Source: Thermomicrobiales bacterium
GTDB taxonomy: Bacteria; Chloroflexota; Chloroflexia; Thermomicrobiales; UBA6265
Direction of reading: 5' to 3'
Length of the DNA: 64,000 nt
Assembly: GCA_023957115.1 (NCBI GenBank)
Contig: JAMLHN010000004.1
Location: 21,551 to 85,550 of the forward strand
Below the pieces are notes generated by a model that saw only the letters and a program-made list of their open reading frames with translations, was not told the DNA's origin and did not search any database. Below, piece by piece: positions 8,371 through 18,152 of this stretch; within the stretch, counting starts at the first letter, position 1; every line of letters begins with the position of its first letter. The translations under genes and the position numbers were made by a program.

Positions 8371-9312
8371 GTGGCCATCGCGGCGAGCTCGACAGACTCG
8401 ACCCTAGCGATCCAACGTCCAAGCGCGGTCCATCGCTGGCTCCAGCATTTGACCGCGCGTCCCTCCGGTCTGCTGGGGTTGGTCATCGTCGTCACGTTCG
8501 TTTTGCTGGCAATTCTGGCGCCGGTCGTCGCTCCCCACGATCCGTTGCAGCAGAACTGGAAGGTCCGGCTGGAGCCCCCGCTCACCAGCGGCGATGACGG
8601 TCAACTCTACATCCTGGGCACCGACTCACTGGGACGAGACATTCTCAGCCGCCTGATCTTTGGCGCCCGAATCTCGATTGCCGTCGCGGTGCTGGCGGTG
8701 GCGCTTCGCAGCTCGATGGGTGTGCTCATCGGGCTGGCCGCGGGGTACTACCGCGGACCGACTGACGCCGTTCTCATGCGTCTGGCAGATATTCAGCTCG
8801 CCATCCCATTTCTCGTGCTGGCGATTGCGTTGATGGCCATCATCGGGACAGGGTTCAGCAAGATCGTCCTCGTACTGGGTGTGACCGGCTGGGTGACCTA
8901 CGGGCGGATCGTGCGCAGCGAGGTGCTCTCTGTCCGGGAACGTGACTACGTCGAAGCCGCGCGAGCCATCGGCGCTCCCAATCGGACGATTCTCTTCCGC
9001 CATGTCCTCCCCAACGTCAGCTCCAGCATCATCGTGATCTCCACGCTGGAGATCGCCTTGATGATCACCGCCGAAGCAACGCTCAGCTTTCTCGGACTCG
9101 GTGTCCAACCACCCACGCCGAGCTGGGGCGTCATGGTCGCCGACGGCCGGGACCTTATCTACGGCCAATGGTGGGTTTCTGCCTGGCCCGGTCTGGCCAT
9201 TTGTCTTGCGGTTCTCGGGGTCAACCTGCTCGGCGATTGGCTCAGAGACGTGCTCGACCCAACGACGAGAGGAGGAGCGCTTCAACGACGACTGTCGAAA
9301 CGCGATGCGTAG
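8371..9312 (+). CDS. ABC peptide/nickel-type importer permease (DppC/OppC-like)
   Basis: GTDSLGRDILSRLIFGARISI motif; GTG start 2 nt after the upstream stop. Confidence 0.9.
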   Translation: MAIAASSTDSTLAIQRPSAVHRWLQHLTARPSGLLGLVIVVTFVLLAILAPVVAPHDPLQQNWKVRLEPPLTSGDDGQLYILGTDSLGRDILSRLIFGARISIAVAVLAVALRSSMGVLIGLAAGYYRGPTDAVLMRLADIQLAIPFLVLAIALMAIIGTGFSKIVLVLGVTGWVTYGRIVRSEVLSVRERDYVEAARAIGAPNRTILFRHVLPNVSSSIIVISTLEIALMITAEATLSFLGLGVQPPTPSWGVMVADGRDLIYGQWWVSAWPGLAICLAVLGVNLLGDWLRDVLDPTTRGGALQRRLSKRDA

Positions 9313-9360
9313 GCGGTTTCCGGAAGGTCCGGTTGCTGCGCGGATCAGAAAGGAGTGGTC

Positions 9361-10923
9361 ATGACAACGAAGCGAATCAGACGAATTCCGTTCTTGTCGT
9401 TTGTCCTCATTGCCGTTCTGGCCCTGGGCGTTGTTGCCCAGAGCTGGGTTGGATCTTCCGTCGAAGCCCATCTACAGGACGCGGAGACGCCGGATCAGAT
9501 AACGATCGCGTTGGCCTCGGAGCTCAACACGCTCGACCCGGCGTTCTTCACATCGTCCAACGAGCAGAGCATCTACTACGCCGTGTTCGACACGCTCGTT
9601 ACGCGGGATGCAGACCTCAACATCATCCCGGGACTCGCCGAATCGTGGGAAACCATCGACGACAACACCTGGGAGTTCCGACTCCGGGATGGGGTGACGT
9701 TCCATGATGGCTCTCCGATGACTGCCGAGGACGTCAAGTTCTCCATCGATCGCATCATCGGCGACTTCATGGAAAATCCGAGCCAGAGCAAGCTGGCGAC
9801 GATCCAGGAGGTCCAGGTCGTCGATCCGCTCACGGTGCGGATCATCACCACATCGCCCGATCCTATCCTCCTTTCGCGGCTCGCCGGCATCGTCGGCTGG
9901 ATCGTTCCGAAAGCCCATATCGAAAGCACAGGTTTCGAGGACTTTGCCACCAATCCGGTCGGCACGGGGCCATACAAATTCGTCAGCTGGGTCAAGGATG
10001 AGGAGCTGGTGCTCGAAGCCAACCCGGACTATTGGAACGGCGCGCCTTCCATTGGACGGGTCGTTTTCCGTCCGGTTCCCGAGGCATCAACACGCCTGGC
10101 GTTGTTGAAGAGCGGCGATGTCGACGTCATTCAGGATGTTCCGACCGATCAGGCACCGGCCCTGGAAGGTGACGAGAACCTCGAGATCATCGCCACCCCG
10201 TTGCTTCGCTCGATGTATTTCATTCTTCGCTCCGACCAGGAAGGACCGCTCGCCGACGTCCGCGTGCGACAGGCAATCAACTATGCCGTCGACAAGGAAG
10301 GCATCGTCAACGAGCTTCTGAACGGCTACGGTATCGTCTCCCAGGGTCAGACGATGGGACCCGAATACTTCGGATTCGCGGACGATCTGGAACCATACCC
10401 TTACGATCCGGACAAGGCTCGGGAGCTGTTGGCCGAGGCCGGTTTTGCGGATGGATTCTCGATCGAGATGCTGACGCCGGCTGGACGATACCAGGCCGAT
10501 GTCACGATTGCCGAAGCCGTGGCGGGCCAGCTTAGCGAGATTGGCATCAATGTCGAGATCGAATCGGTCGACTTCAGCGTCTATGTCACGCGCAAGCTCG
10601 ACCGCACTATCGATCCGATCACCCTTGGCGCATGGTCGCAGGCAGTCTACGACGCGGATGGGGTGGTCTATCTCCTCTTCCATACCGACGAGCCGTGGGG
10701 CGTTCATTACTCCAACCCCCGGGTCGACGAGCTCGTCGAGGAGGCGCGTTCGACGCTCGATCAGGAGCAGCGGCTGGAGCTGTACCGCGAAGCACTCGAG
10801 ATCATTCGCGAGGATGCGCCGGTGCTCTTCATGCATCAGCAAACGCTGCTTTCCGGCGTAAAGACGGGAACCCCGGTTCTGACCATGCCGGATGAGACTT
10901 TTATCGTCTATCCGAAGTGGTAG
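9361..10923 (+). CDS. ABC transporter substrate-binding protein, family 5 (peptide/nickel)
   Basis: Signal peptide, then typical family-5 blocks (NPDYWNG, VRQAINYAVDK). AAAGGAG 5 nt before ATG 9361. Confidence 0.9.
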   Translation: MTTKRIRRIPFLSFVLIAVLALGVVAQSWVGSSVEAHLQDAETPDQITIALASELNTLDPAFFTSSNEQSIYYAVFDTLVTRDADLNIIPGLAESWETIDDNTWEFRLRDGVTFHDGSPMTAEDVKFSIDRIIGDFMENPSQSKLATIQEVQVVDPLTVRIITTSPDPILLSRLAGIVGWIVPKAHIESTGFEDFATNPVGTGPYKFVSWVKDEELVLEANPDYWNGAPSIGRVVFRPVPEASTRLALLKSGDVDVIQDVPTDQAPALEGDENLEIIATPLLRSMYFILRSDQEGPLADVRVRQAINYAVDKEGIVNELLNGYGIVSQGQTMGPEYFGFADDLEPYPYDPDKARELLAEAGFADGFSIEMLTPAGRYQADVTIAEAVAGQLSEIGINVEIESVDFSVYVTRKLDRTIDPITLGAWSQAVYDADGVVYLLFHTDEPWGVHYSNPRVDELVEEARSTLDQEQRLELYREALEIIREDAPVLFMHQQTLLSGVKTGTPVLTMPDETFIVYPKW

Positions 10924-10945
10924 CCATCCCTGTGCGCTAGCGGTC

Positions 10946-10979
10946 CCCGGGCTTCGTCGGGATTCTGACGGAGCCCGGG
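10946..10979 (+). other. 13-bp stem hairpin directly after the SBP gene
   Basis: CCCGGGCTTCGTC / GACGGAGCCCGGG (one G-U), 8-nt loop, no U-tract. Confidence 0.6.
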
Positions 10980-11090
10980 AAACCGATTCGCACAGCGACC
11001 GCACCGTCAATCAGGAATGAACCATCGAGCCACGCCCACCCCCCGCGCCAGCGCGGGGTGCTGGCTACCCTCACGCGCAGGAGCCAAGAG

Positions 11091-12128
11091 ATGCCTTTAG
11101 TCGAGCCTCGATCAACGGACGTGGATGCGGCACAGCTGCATGCAAACGCCGTCGTCATCGATGCACTCACGACCTCGCGACTCACGAGCGAGCAAGCGAG
11201 TCGCATGCGGGCCGGCGGGGTCACCGCGACCAATCACACCGCCGCCAATTTCGCCCACCATTTCGATGACGCGGTCGTCGATATCGTCAATACCCGCCGC
11301 CAAATAGCCGCTCAGCCAAACGACTTCCTGCTCATCGAGCAGGTCGCCGATCTCGATCGCGCGAACGCCTCCGGGATTCCGGGGGTGATGCTCGGCCTCC
11401 AAAATGCCTTGCCCATCGAAGATCGGCTGCAGTATGCGGATGTCCTCTATGCGCTCGGTATCCGCATCGTGCAGCTGACCTACAACGACCGCAACTTTGT
11501 TGGCGATGGGTGCACGGAACCGGACAACGCCGGATTGAGCGTCTTCGGACGTTCACTGGTATCGCACCTCAACGAGCTTGGGATCTTGATCGACTTGTCC
11601 CATTGCGGCTATCAGACGACGACCGACGCCATTCTGGCCTCGAATGCTCCCGTCGCGATCACGCATGCGAATCCGCTCACGCTCTCGCCCAGCCCACGCA
11701 ACAAGCCGGATGAGGTGATCAAGCTGCTCGGCGAACGCGACGGCTTCTTGGGCGTTTGCGTCTGGTCACCGCTGGCGCATCGAAATCGCAATCAGCGTCC
11801 TCAGCTGAGTGACATTCTCGATTTCATCGACTACATCGTCGAGCTGATCGGGGTCGACCATGTCGGTATCGGAACCGATCACGGCGAAGGGGTCTACACC
11901 CAGGACGCATGGGATGCCAAATGGGGACCGAAGGGTCTCTATCCGAGCGTGACCGGCACCCTGGGGGAGTGGTACGGATTCCACGCACGGTATGCCGAAG
12001 GACTCGATTCGGCGACGCTCTTTCCCAATCTGACCGCAGGGTTGCTGGACCGGGGGTATTCCCCCGATGACGTGCTCAAGATCGTTGGAGGCAACTTCCG
12101 CCGGTTGCTCACGAACGTCTGGAAATAG
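11091..12128 (+). CDS. membrane dipeptidase, peptidase family M19
   Basis: VIDAL..GGVTA, VQLTYNDRNFVGDG, ILIDLSHCGYQTTTDA, ITHANP blocks; AGGAG RBS before ATG 11091. Confidence 0.8.
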   Translation: MPLVEPRSTDVDAAQLHANAVVIDALTTSRLTSEQASRMRAGGVTATNHTAANFAHHFDDAVVDIVNTRRQIAAQPNDFLLIEQVADLDRANASGIPGVMLGLQNALPIEDRLQYADVLYALGIRIVQLTYNDRNFVGDGCTEPDNAGLSVFGRSLVSHLNELGILIDLSHCGYQTTTDAILASNAPVAITHANPLTLSPSPRNKPDEVIKLLGERDGFLGVCVWSPLAHRNRNQRPQLSDILDFIDYIVELIGVDHVGIGTDHGEGVYTQDAWDAKWGPKGLYPSVTGTLGEWYGFHARYAEGLDSATLFPNLTAGLLDRGYSPDDVLKIVGGNFRRLLTNVWK

Positions 12129-12138
12129 GGACACCGAG

Positions 12139-13185
12139 ATGGCATACGTATCGGATGGATCCGTCGCCACCATGCCCAGGGTCAACCACACGATACAGAC
12201 CCTACCGATCACGGTCGATCTGAATGGCGGCCGCGTGGCATTGACGATCCATGAGCTTGCCGGCCAGGTCGATGGTCCAACGTTGGCCATCGTGAGCACG
12301 GTCCACGGCAACGAATGGTTCTACATCGAGGTGGTCCGGCGCCTCATCGCGGAATTACAAGGGGAGGCAGTCCGAGGCACCGTCCTGCTCGTTCCCGTTG
12401 CCAACCCCACCGCATTTGGGCAGATCACGCGCACGACTCCTGACGATTCGGACACGCCGGACTTGAACCGGGCGTTCCCGGGACGGTATTCGTCGATCAC
12501 CGAACGGCTGGCCGCGACCATCGAGCAGGAGATCCTGACCAGATCCCAGTACCTCATTCAATACGATTGCGGTCCCTGGGGCTGGGCAATCAATGAGGTG
12601 ATGTATGGGACCGACTATCCCGATCCCGGTGTGGTGGATGCCTCTCATGCGATGGCGGTTGCCTACGGCTGTCCACTGATTCGGGCGGCCAAGCTGGTCA
12701 CCGAGCATCCTGGCTCGAGATCCCTTTCCGGGTATGCGGGATCCACGTACCGCCTCCCTAGCATTCTGGCCGAAATCGGCGGATCGGGATTCGACCATGC
12801 CATCGAGGAAGGTTGGATCGAAGCCAATCTCATGGGGACCAAGCGGGTCATGCAACATCTCGGGATGCTGGAGGGGCCGATCACGCCGGTGGCCCCCCAA
12901 TACATCTGCCCGGTACGGGCACGGGTGAATCCGACGGCCGGCGGAATGCTGGAAGCCCATATCGGCCAGGAGAAGCTCGGCGCGGAGGTCCACAAGGATC
13001 AACTGCTGGGATTGGTACGCGATCCCTATACCCTGGAGGTTCTCGAAGAGCTCCGATCGCCCGGCGATGGATGGCTTTTCTACCTCTCCCGATCGAAGCC
13101 GGTCCGCCCGGGTGATTTCGCGATGGGTGTGATCCTGCGTGAAGGCGCAATCGAAGTGAAAAACCGCGAGGAGAAGAACGCGTGA
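12139..13185 (+). CDS. succinylglutamate desuccinylase/aspartoacylase-family (M14-like) zinc hydrolase
   Basis: LAIVSTVHGNEWFYIE (HxxE zinc motif) and DLNRAFPG. Confidence 0.75.
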   Translation: MAYVSDGSVATMPRVNHTIQTLPITVDLNGGRVALTIHELAGQVDGPTLAIVSTVHGNEWFYIEVVRRLIAELQGEAVRGTVLLVPVANPTAFGQITRTTPDDSDTPDLNRAFPGRYSSITERLAATIEQEILTRSQYLIQYDCGPWGWAINEVMYGTDYPDPGVVDASHAMAVAYGCPLIRAAKLVTEHPGSRSLSGYAGSTYRLPSILAEIGGSGFDHAIEEGWIEANLMGTKRVMQHLGMLEGPITPVAPQYICPVRARVNPTAGGMLEAHIGQEKLGAEVHKDQLLGLVRDPYTLEVLEELRSPGDGWLFYLSRSKPVRPGDFAMGVILREGAIEVKNREEKNA

Positions 13186-15335
13186 ACTCAGTGTCTCGAT
13201 TTCTTGTCGGGGTCGATATCGGAGGCACGTTTACCGATATCGTCCTCCTCGACCGGCACGCACGCCGGTACACCGTGCATAAGCTTCTGACGAGCACCGC
13301 GGATGCCTCCGAATCCGTGGTCACCGGAGTTCAGGAAATTCTCGCCGAGGCCAACATCGATATTGGTGCGGTCGACTACGTGGTGCACGGTACGACCCTG
13401 ACGGCGAATACCATCATTCAACGAGAAGGCGCCGAAACCGTTCTCTTCGTGACCGAGGGGTTTCAGGATACGCTCGAACTCCGGAACGAGCAGCGGTACG
13501 ACACCTACGATCTCTTCAGTAAATTCCCGGCGCCACTCGTTGGCGTCGAGAACCGGATTCCCGTCCGCGAGCGGATGATGAGTGACGGGCAGGTGCTCGT
13601 TCCCCTGGACGACACGCAGTTTCGCGGGCAACTGAGCTGGCTCGCGGAACAACCGCCGGAAGCGATCGCGATCTGCTTTCTTCATTCCTATGTGAATCCC
13701 ACGCATGAGGAACGGGCAGCCGAGCTGGTGCGGGAGGTCTTCCCAACTGTGCCGGTAAGCGTCTCATCCGAGATCGTCCCGCACGCGGGTGAATACGGAC
13801 GCATGTCCACCACCGTTGCCAATGCCTATGTCCAACCTGTGCTGGGACACTATCTGCAGAATCTCAATCAACAGCTCCAGCACCTGGGCCTGCAGGGCAA
13901 TCTCTACCTGATGCTCTCGGACGGCGGGATGGCGCCGGTTGCGACCGCCCGGCAATTTCCCGTGCGGCTCTTCGAGTCCGGGCCGGCCGCCGGTATCACG
14001 GCCACGGCCCGGCTCAGCAACGACACCGATCTCCGGCACCTGATTGCCTTCGACATGGGTGGTACGACCGCCAAGATCTGCATCGTCGACGACGGCGAGC
14101 CGTTCACGACCTGGGATCTGGAGGTCGACCGCGCGGAGCGGTTTTCTTCCGGTTCCGGTCTTCCTTTGAAAATTCCCTCGTTCGAAATGATCGAGATCGG
14201 CGCCGGCGGAGGCAGCCTGGCGCACATCAACGAGCTGGGGTTGCTGAAGGTCGGTCCCTCCAGTGCGGGCTCGACGCCGGGGCCGTGTTGCTATGGGCGC
14301 GGTGGCGATCAACCAACGGTGACCGATGCCCTGCTGGTGCTCGGCTATCTGGACCCGGGGTATTTCCTTGGTGGCAGGCTGGCGCTCAACCAAGCAGCGG
14401 CCGAAGAAGCAATCGGCCGCCAGGTCGGATCGGTGCTGGGAATCTCTGTCGAAGAGGCCGCCCTAGGAATCTATCGAATCGCGTGTGGGCAAATGGCGGA
14501 AGCGACGCGGGTGCAGCTCGCCGAGCATGGGAAGGATCCACGACGGTATTCGCTGGTCGCCTTCGGCGGAGCGGGACCGGTGCACGCGTGCGAGGTTGCC
14601 CGGCAGCTCAAGCTCCCACGGGTCATCGTTCCACCAGCGGCAGGGATCATGTCCGCATATGGACTGCTGATGGCCCCCCTTGCGTTCAGTCTGGTGCAGA
14701 GCTATCCGAGCGTGCTTTCCGAGGTCGACCGATCGTCACTCGACGAGCAGTTCGCATTGCTCGAGGATCGTGCACGCGCCATGCTGCTGGACGCCGGCGT
14801 TCCCGCCGAATCGATTCAGCTCCAGCGACGATTCGATCTGAAGTACACCGGGCAGAAACACACCATCGAAGTCGAGCTCGACGCGACGTATTTCAATGCC
14901 GACTTCGACGCGGCCCTGCTGGAGGAATTCGAGCGACTCTATGTCTCCCAGCATGGCCGGGCAAACCGGGGACTCGAGCTCTACCTCGAATCGATCAAGG
15001 TTCGTGGGCTTGGGCAGGTCGAAGCATCCGCCGGGCTCATGCGGGGGGCCGACGCGAGTCTGCCGGACGCGATCGATGCCACCCGGCCGGTGCGGTTTCT
15101 TGGGACGCCGGCACCGGTGCCGGCTCAAATCCTCCGACGGAGCAGTCTGAATACCGGTATTCGTTACACCGGACCGGCAATCATCGAAGAACCCGAGACC
15201 ACGACGGTCATCGGCCCGCTCGACCAGTTCGAAGTCGACGACCGCGGCAACCTCGTGGTCTTCATTGGAACGTCGTCTACCAATCACACGTTTGGTGACA
15301 CAGCACAGGAGGCCCAGGTTGGTTTCACGCGTTGA
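13182..15335 (+). CDS. hyuA: hydantoinase/oxoprolinase A subunit
   Basis: VGVDIGGTFTD N-terminus, 717 aa; GTGA start/stop overlap with the upstream gene. Confidence 0.9.
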   Translation: MNSVSRFLVGVDIGGTFTDIVLLDRHARRYTVHKLLTSTADASESVVTGVQEILAEANIDIGAVDYVVHGTTLTANTIIQREGAETVLFVTEGFQDTLELRNEQRYDTYDLFSKFPAPLVGVENRIPVRERMMSDGQVLVPLDDTQFRGQLSWLAEQPPEAIAICFLHSYVNPTHEERAAELVREVFPTVPVSVSSEIVPHAGEYGRMSTTVANAYVQPVLGHYLQNLNQQLQHLGLQGNLYLMLSDGGMAPVATARQFPVRLFESGPAAGITATARLSNDTDLRHLIAFDMGGTTAKICIVDDGEPFTTWDLEVDRAERFSSGSGLPLKIPSFEMIEIGAGGGSLAHINELGLLKVGPSSAGSTPGPCCYGRGGDQPTVTDALLVLGYLDPGYFLGGRLALNQAAAEEAIGRQVGSVLGISVEEAALGIYRIACGQMAEATRVQLAEHGKDPRRYSLVAFGGAGPVHACEVARQLKLPRVIVPPAAGIMSAYGLLMAPLAFSLVQSYPSVLSEVDRSSLDEQFALLEDRARAMLLDAGVPAESIQLQRRFDLKYTGQKHTIEVELDATYFNADFDAALLEEFERLYVSQHGRANRGLELYLESIKVRGLGQVEASAGLMRGADASLPDAIDATRPVRFLGTPAPVPAQILRRSSLNTGIRYTGPAIIEEPETTTVIGPLDQFEVDDRGNLVVFIGTSSTNHTFGDTAQEAQVGFTR

Positions 15336-16894
15336 TGAAGTAACGCTCGAAGTTCTCTGGAACAAGCTCGTCTCGGTTTGCGACGAAGCGGCGACCGCCC
15401 TCTATCGAGCGTCGGTTTCGGTCATCGTTGGCGAAGTGTTCGACTTCAGCGTCGCGCTGACCGACCGGCATGGAGATGCCATTGCGTTTCCCACGAAGAG
15501 CATGCCGATGTTCAATGGCTCGGTCAGTCTGACCACCAAAGAAATTCTGCGGCGCTTTCCGCTTTCGTCGATGCAACCAGACGATACGTTCATTACGAAC
15601 GACCCATGGATTGCATCCGGGCATCTCCCCGATGTTTTCCTTGCCAGTCCGATCTTTCACGACGGTGAGGCAGTTGGGCTCGCCGTCAGCATCGCGCATG
15701 TTACGGATATCGGCGGTTCCCTCAAACGTATTGGAAGCGGATGTCTATGAGGAAGGTCTGCGCATTCCGCCGATCCGATTGATCGCTGGCGGAAAAGAAA
15801 ACGCCGACGCCATCGAGTTCATCCGCTCCAACGTGCGTATGCCGGACATGGTGCTCAATGACTTCTTCGCCCAGGTCGGCGCGCACAAGGTTATCGAGCG
15901 GAGAGTTTCCGAGCTGCTTACGGAGAATACGGATGTCACGCTCGATGAGCTGGCGCACGCGATTCTCGACCGCTCGGAACAGGCGATGCGCAACGTGATC
16001 AGGGAGCTCCCGGGCGGGCGGTTCGAAGCCGAGGCATTGACGGACGGCTATATCGATCCGGTTCTGATCAAGGTTGCGGTGTCAGCAGAAGAGAACGGCG
16101 ATCTGATCGTGGACTTCGCCGGATCCGCGCCCCAAACGACCCAGGGAGCGATCAACTCGCCCTATGCGTGCACCTATTCCGAGGCGGTGAGCATCGTTCA
16201 CACGGTCCTGTTGCCCCGCGTTCCGGCGAATGCCGGTTGCTTCCGGCCAATCAAAGTGGAGGCGCCTTACGGCAGTATTTTCAATGCCGCCCCTCCCGCG
16301 GCCGTCAACATCCGGACGCGGGCCGTCTTCATGGCCGATCCGGTCATCATGGCTGCGCTGGCTCATATCGTTCCCGATAAGGTCATGGCGGCGCCGGGGC
16401 AAGCCGGAGGCTACCAGCTCCACGGTGAATACAATGGAAAGTCGTTCCTCGTTCATTTCATGCAATCGGGCGGAATGGGCGCTTCGGCGCACGGGAATGG
16501 AGCCTCTTGCGTCTTCTTCCCGGGCACAATGTCGACCGGCTCGCTCGAATCGATCGAGCAGCATGGGCCGATTCTGATTCGCTCCAAGCTGATTCTGCGG
16601 GACTCTGGTGGAGAAGGACGATTCCGTGGCGGCTGCGGGCAGGAGGTCGTGATTACGCTCCGTCCGGACTACGAACACACCGTCACGGTATCGATGCATC
16701 CGCATATGCTGGAGTTCCCGGCGATGGGGCTCTTTGGTGGCCAGGCTGGCGAGGTTGGCAAGATCTATCTGAACGGTGAGCGTATCGATAAGTACCGACT
16801 CAATACGCTCGGGGGCGCCGTTCAATTGCAGAGCGGGGATGCACTGACCATTATGACTCCAGGCGGAGGAGGGTTTGCGCCGCAGCTGGCGTAG
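15319..16894 (+). pseudogene. hyuB: hydantoinase B/oxoprolinase subunit, interrupted by one frameshift
   Basis: AGGAGG then TTG 15319. Frame 1 reads ..SIAHVTDIGGS then stops at 15750. Frame 2 continues PSNVLEADVYEEGLRIPPIRL.. to 16894. Removing 1 nt in GGTTCCC (15715-15721) restores a 525-codon ORF. Confidence 0.85.
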
Positions 16895-16946
16895 CGTAGG
16901 CCCGATTCCCCAACGTTGAAACGCTGGGCTCATACCCCTGTGGTGC

Positions 16947-16989
16947 GTGCGTACGCGACGGAACGGCGTCGTTCATCCTGCGTACGCAC
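16947..16989. terminator. nested hairpin between convergent hyuB and the aldo-keto reductase gene
   Basis: Perfect 10-bp inverted repeat GTGCGTACGC/GCGTACGCAC enclosing CGACG..CGTCG; no clear U-tract. Confidence 0.4.
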
Positions 16990-17013
16990 CTGCTCGTCGC
17001 TTGTCAGGACACG

Positions 17014-17040
17014 GAGGTCCTTCACTACGCTAAGAATCGG
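17014..17040 (+). repeat. degenerate copy of the dispersed motif (GAGGTCCTTCACTACGCTAAGAATCGG)
   Basis: Aligns to GAGATTCTTC-N-GCTCAGAATGAC with several substitutions. Confidence 0.4.
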
Positions 17041-17052
17041 CTTGTTTGGGTT

Positions 17053-17988
17053 CTAGTCGGCGGCGATGGTGCTGAGCTTGACCGGGTAGCCGTGGGCGGC
17101 GCGGCCGACGTTTCCTTCGAAGTCGTAGGTGGTCTTGAACCGTTCGTGCTCGCCGGTGGCCGCGGCGGCCGATCGGGCGAGGATATCGGTTCGTTCGGCG
17201 CCGGTCAGCGGTTCGAAGTTCCGGGCAATGTCGAGGTTCTGATGCATCACCTCGATACTGTCCATCCCGGAAACGACGGTGGCCACCGGAAGACTCATGC
17301 TGTAGCGCAGCGCTTCGGCCGGTGTCAGATCGGTACCTTCGAAGATGTCGCCAGAGGCGAACGACTTCATGCCGATGACCGCAATCCCCTGCTCCTGGCA
17401 GATGGGGACGATTTCCTGCTCGAAGCTCTTGTAATGCGCATCGAGGGCGTTGAGCGGCATCTGCACCGCATCGAACGGGAATCCCTGGGAGAGCATCCGC
17501 TTGTGAATCGCCGGGTCTTTATGTCCTGTAAATCCGATGTAGCGCACCAGACCTTTTTCCTTCGCCTTCAAGAGCGCCTCGGCTGAGCCACCTGGCGCGA
17601 AGATCCAGTCGACATCGTCTTCCCAGACGACCTCATGCAGTTGCCAGAGATCGAGATAGTCGGTCTGCAAGCGGCGGAGACTGTCCTCCAGCTTCCACAT
17701 GGAATGGTCTGCTCTCCGGTCGTGGGCACAGTCCTTGGTCATCAGGAAGGACTTCTGCCGGTAGCCGTCCATGGCGAGCGCTTTGCCCATCCGCCGTTCC
17801 GACTCGCCGTCGTTGTATTCCCAGGCGTTATCGAGGAAGGTCGCGCCGGCATCGACGCATTCATGCACGATGCGGATGGCGGTCGCCTCGTCGCATCTCG
17901 AAACCCCCAGGTGCGCACCGCCGACGCAAAGGAGACTCACCTGCTCGTCATACCGTCCAAATTGCCGTGTCGGAATCGAGCCTGCCAT
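17053..17988 (-). CDS. aldo/keto reductase
   Basis: AKR blocks (FLDNAWEYNDGESE, YLDLWQLHEV, IGFTGH). AAGGAGAG RBS before ATG 17988; the longer ORF to 18123 has no support. Confidence 0.85.
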   Translation of the reverse strand: MAGSIPTRQFGRYDEQVSLLCVGGAHLGVSRCDEATAIRIVHECVDAGATFLDNAWEYNDGESERRMGKALAMDGYRQKSFLMTKDCAHDRRADHSMWKLEDSLRRLQTDYLDLWQLHEVVWEDDVDWIFAPGGSAEALLKAKEKGLVRYIGFTGHKDPAIHKRMLSQGFPFDAVQMPLNALDAHYKSFEQEIVPICQEQGIAVIGMKSFASGDIFEGTDLTPAEALRYSMSLPVATVVSGMDSIEVMHQNLDIARNFEPLTGAERTDILARSAAAATGEHERFKTTYDFEGNVGRAAHGYPVKLSTIAAD

Positions 17989-18152
17989 TTGCACTCTCCT
18001 TGTCACTGCCGTGTGTGCGTCATTGTTTGCACGATACCCGCACTGGGCCGGTGCGTGCAATTCCGGATCGGTTCGATTACGGCATACTAGCGAATTCGCC
18101 CCATGATTCGGGCAGCACCGCATCGTTCACGGAATGGAGGACTTTCGGGCCG

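Noticed and set aside
15265-15318. ATG 15265 as the hyuB start
   Set aside because: It lies inside hyuA. An AGGAGG 6 nt before TTG 15319 gives the conserved N-terminus (VSRVDEVTLEVLWNKL) with the usual short overlap.
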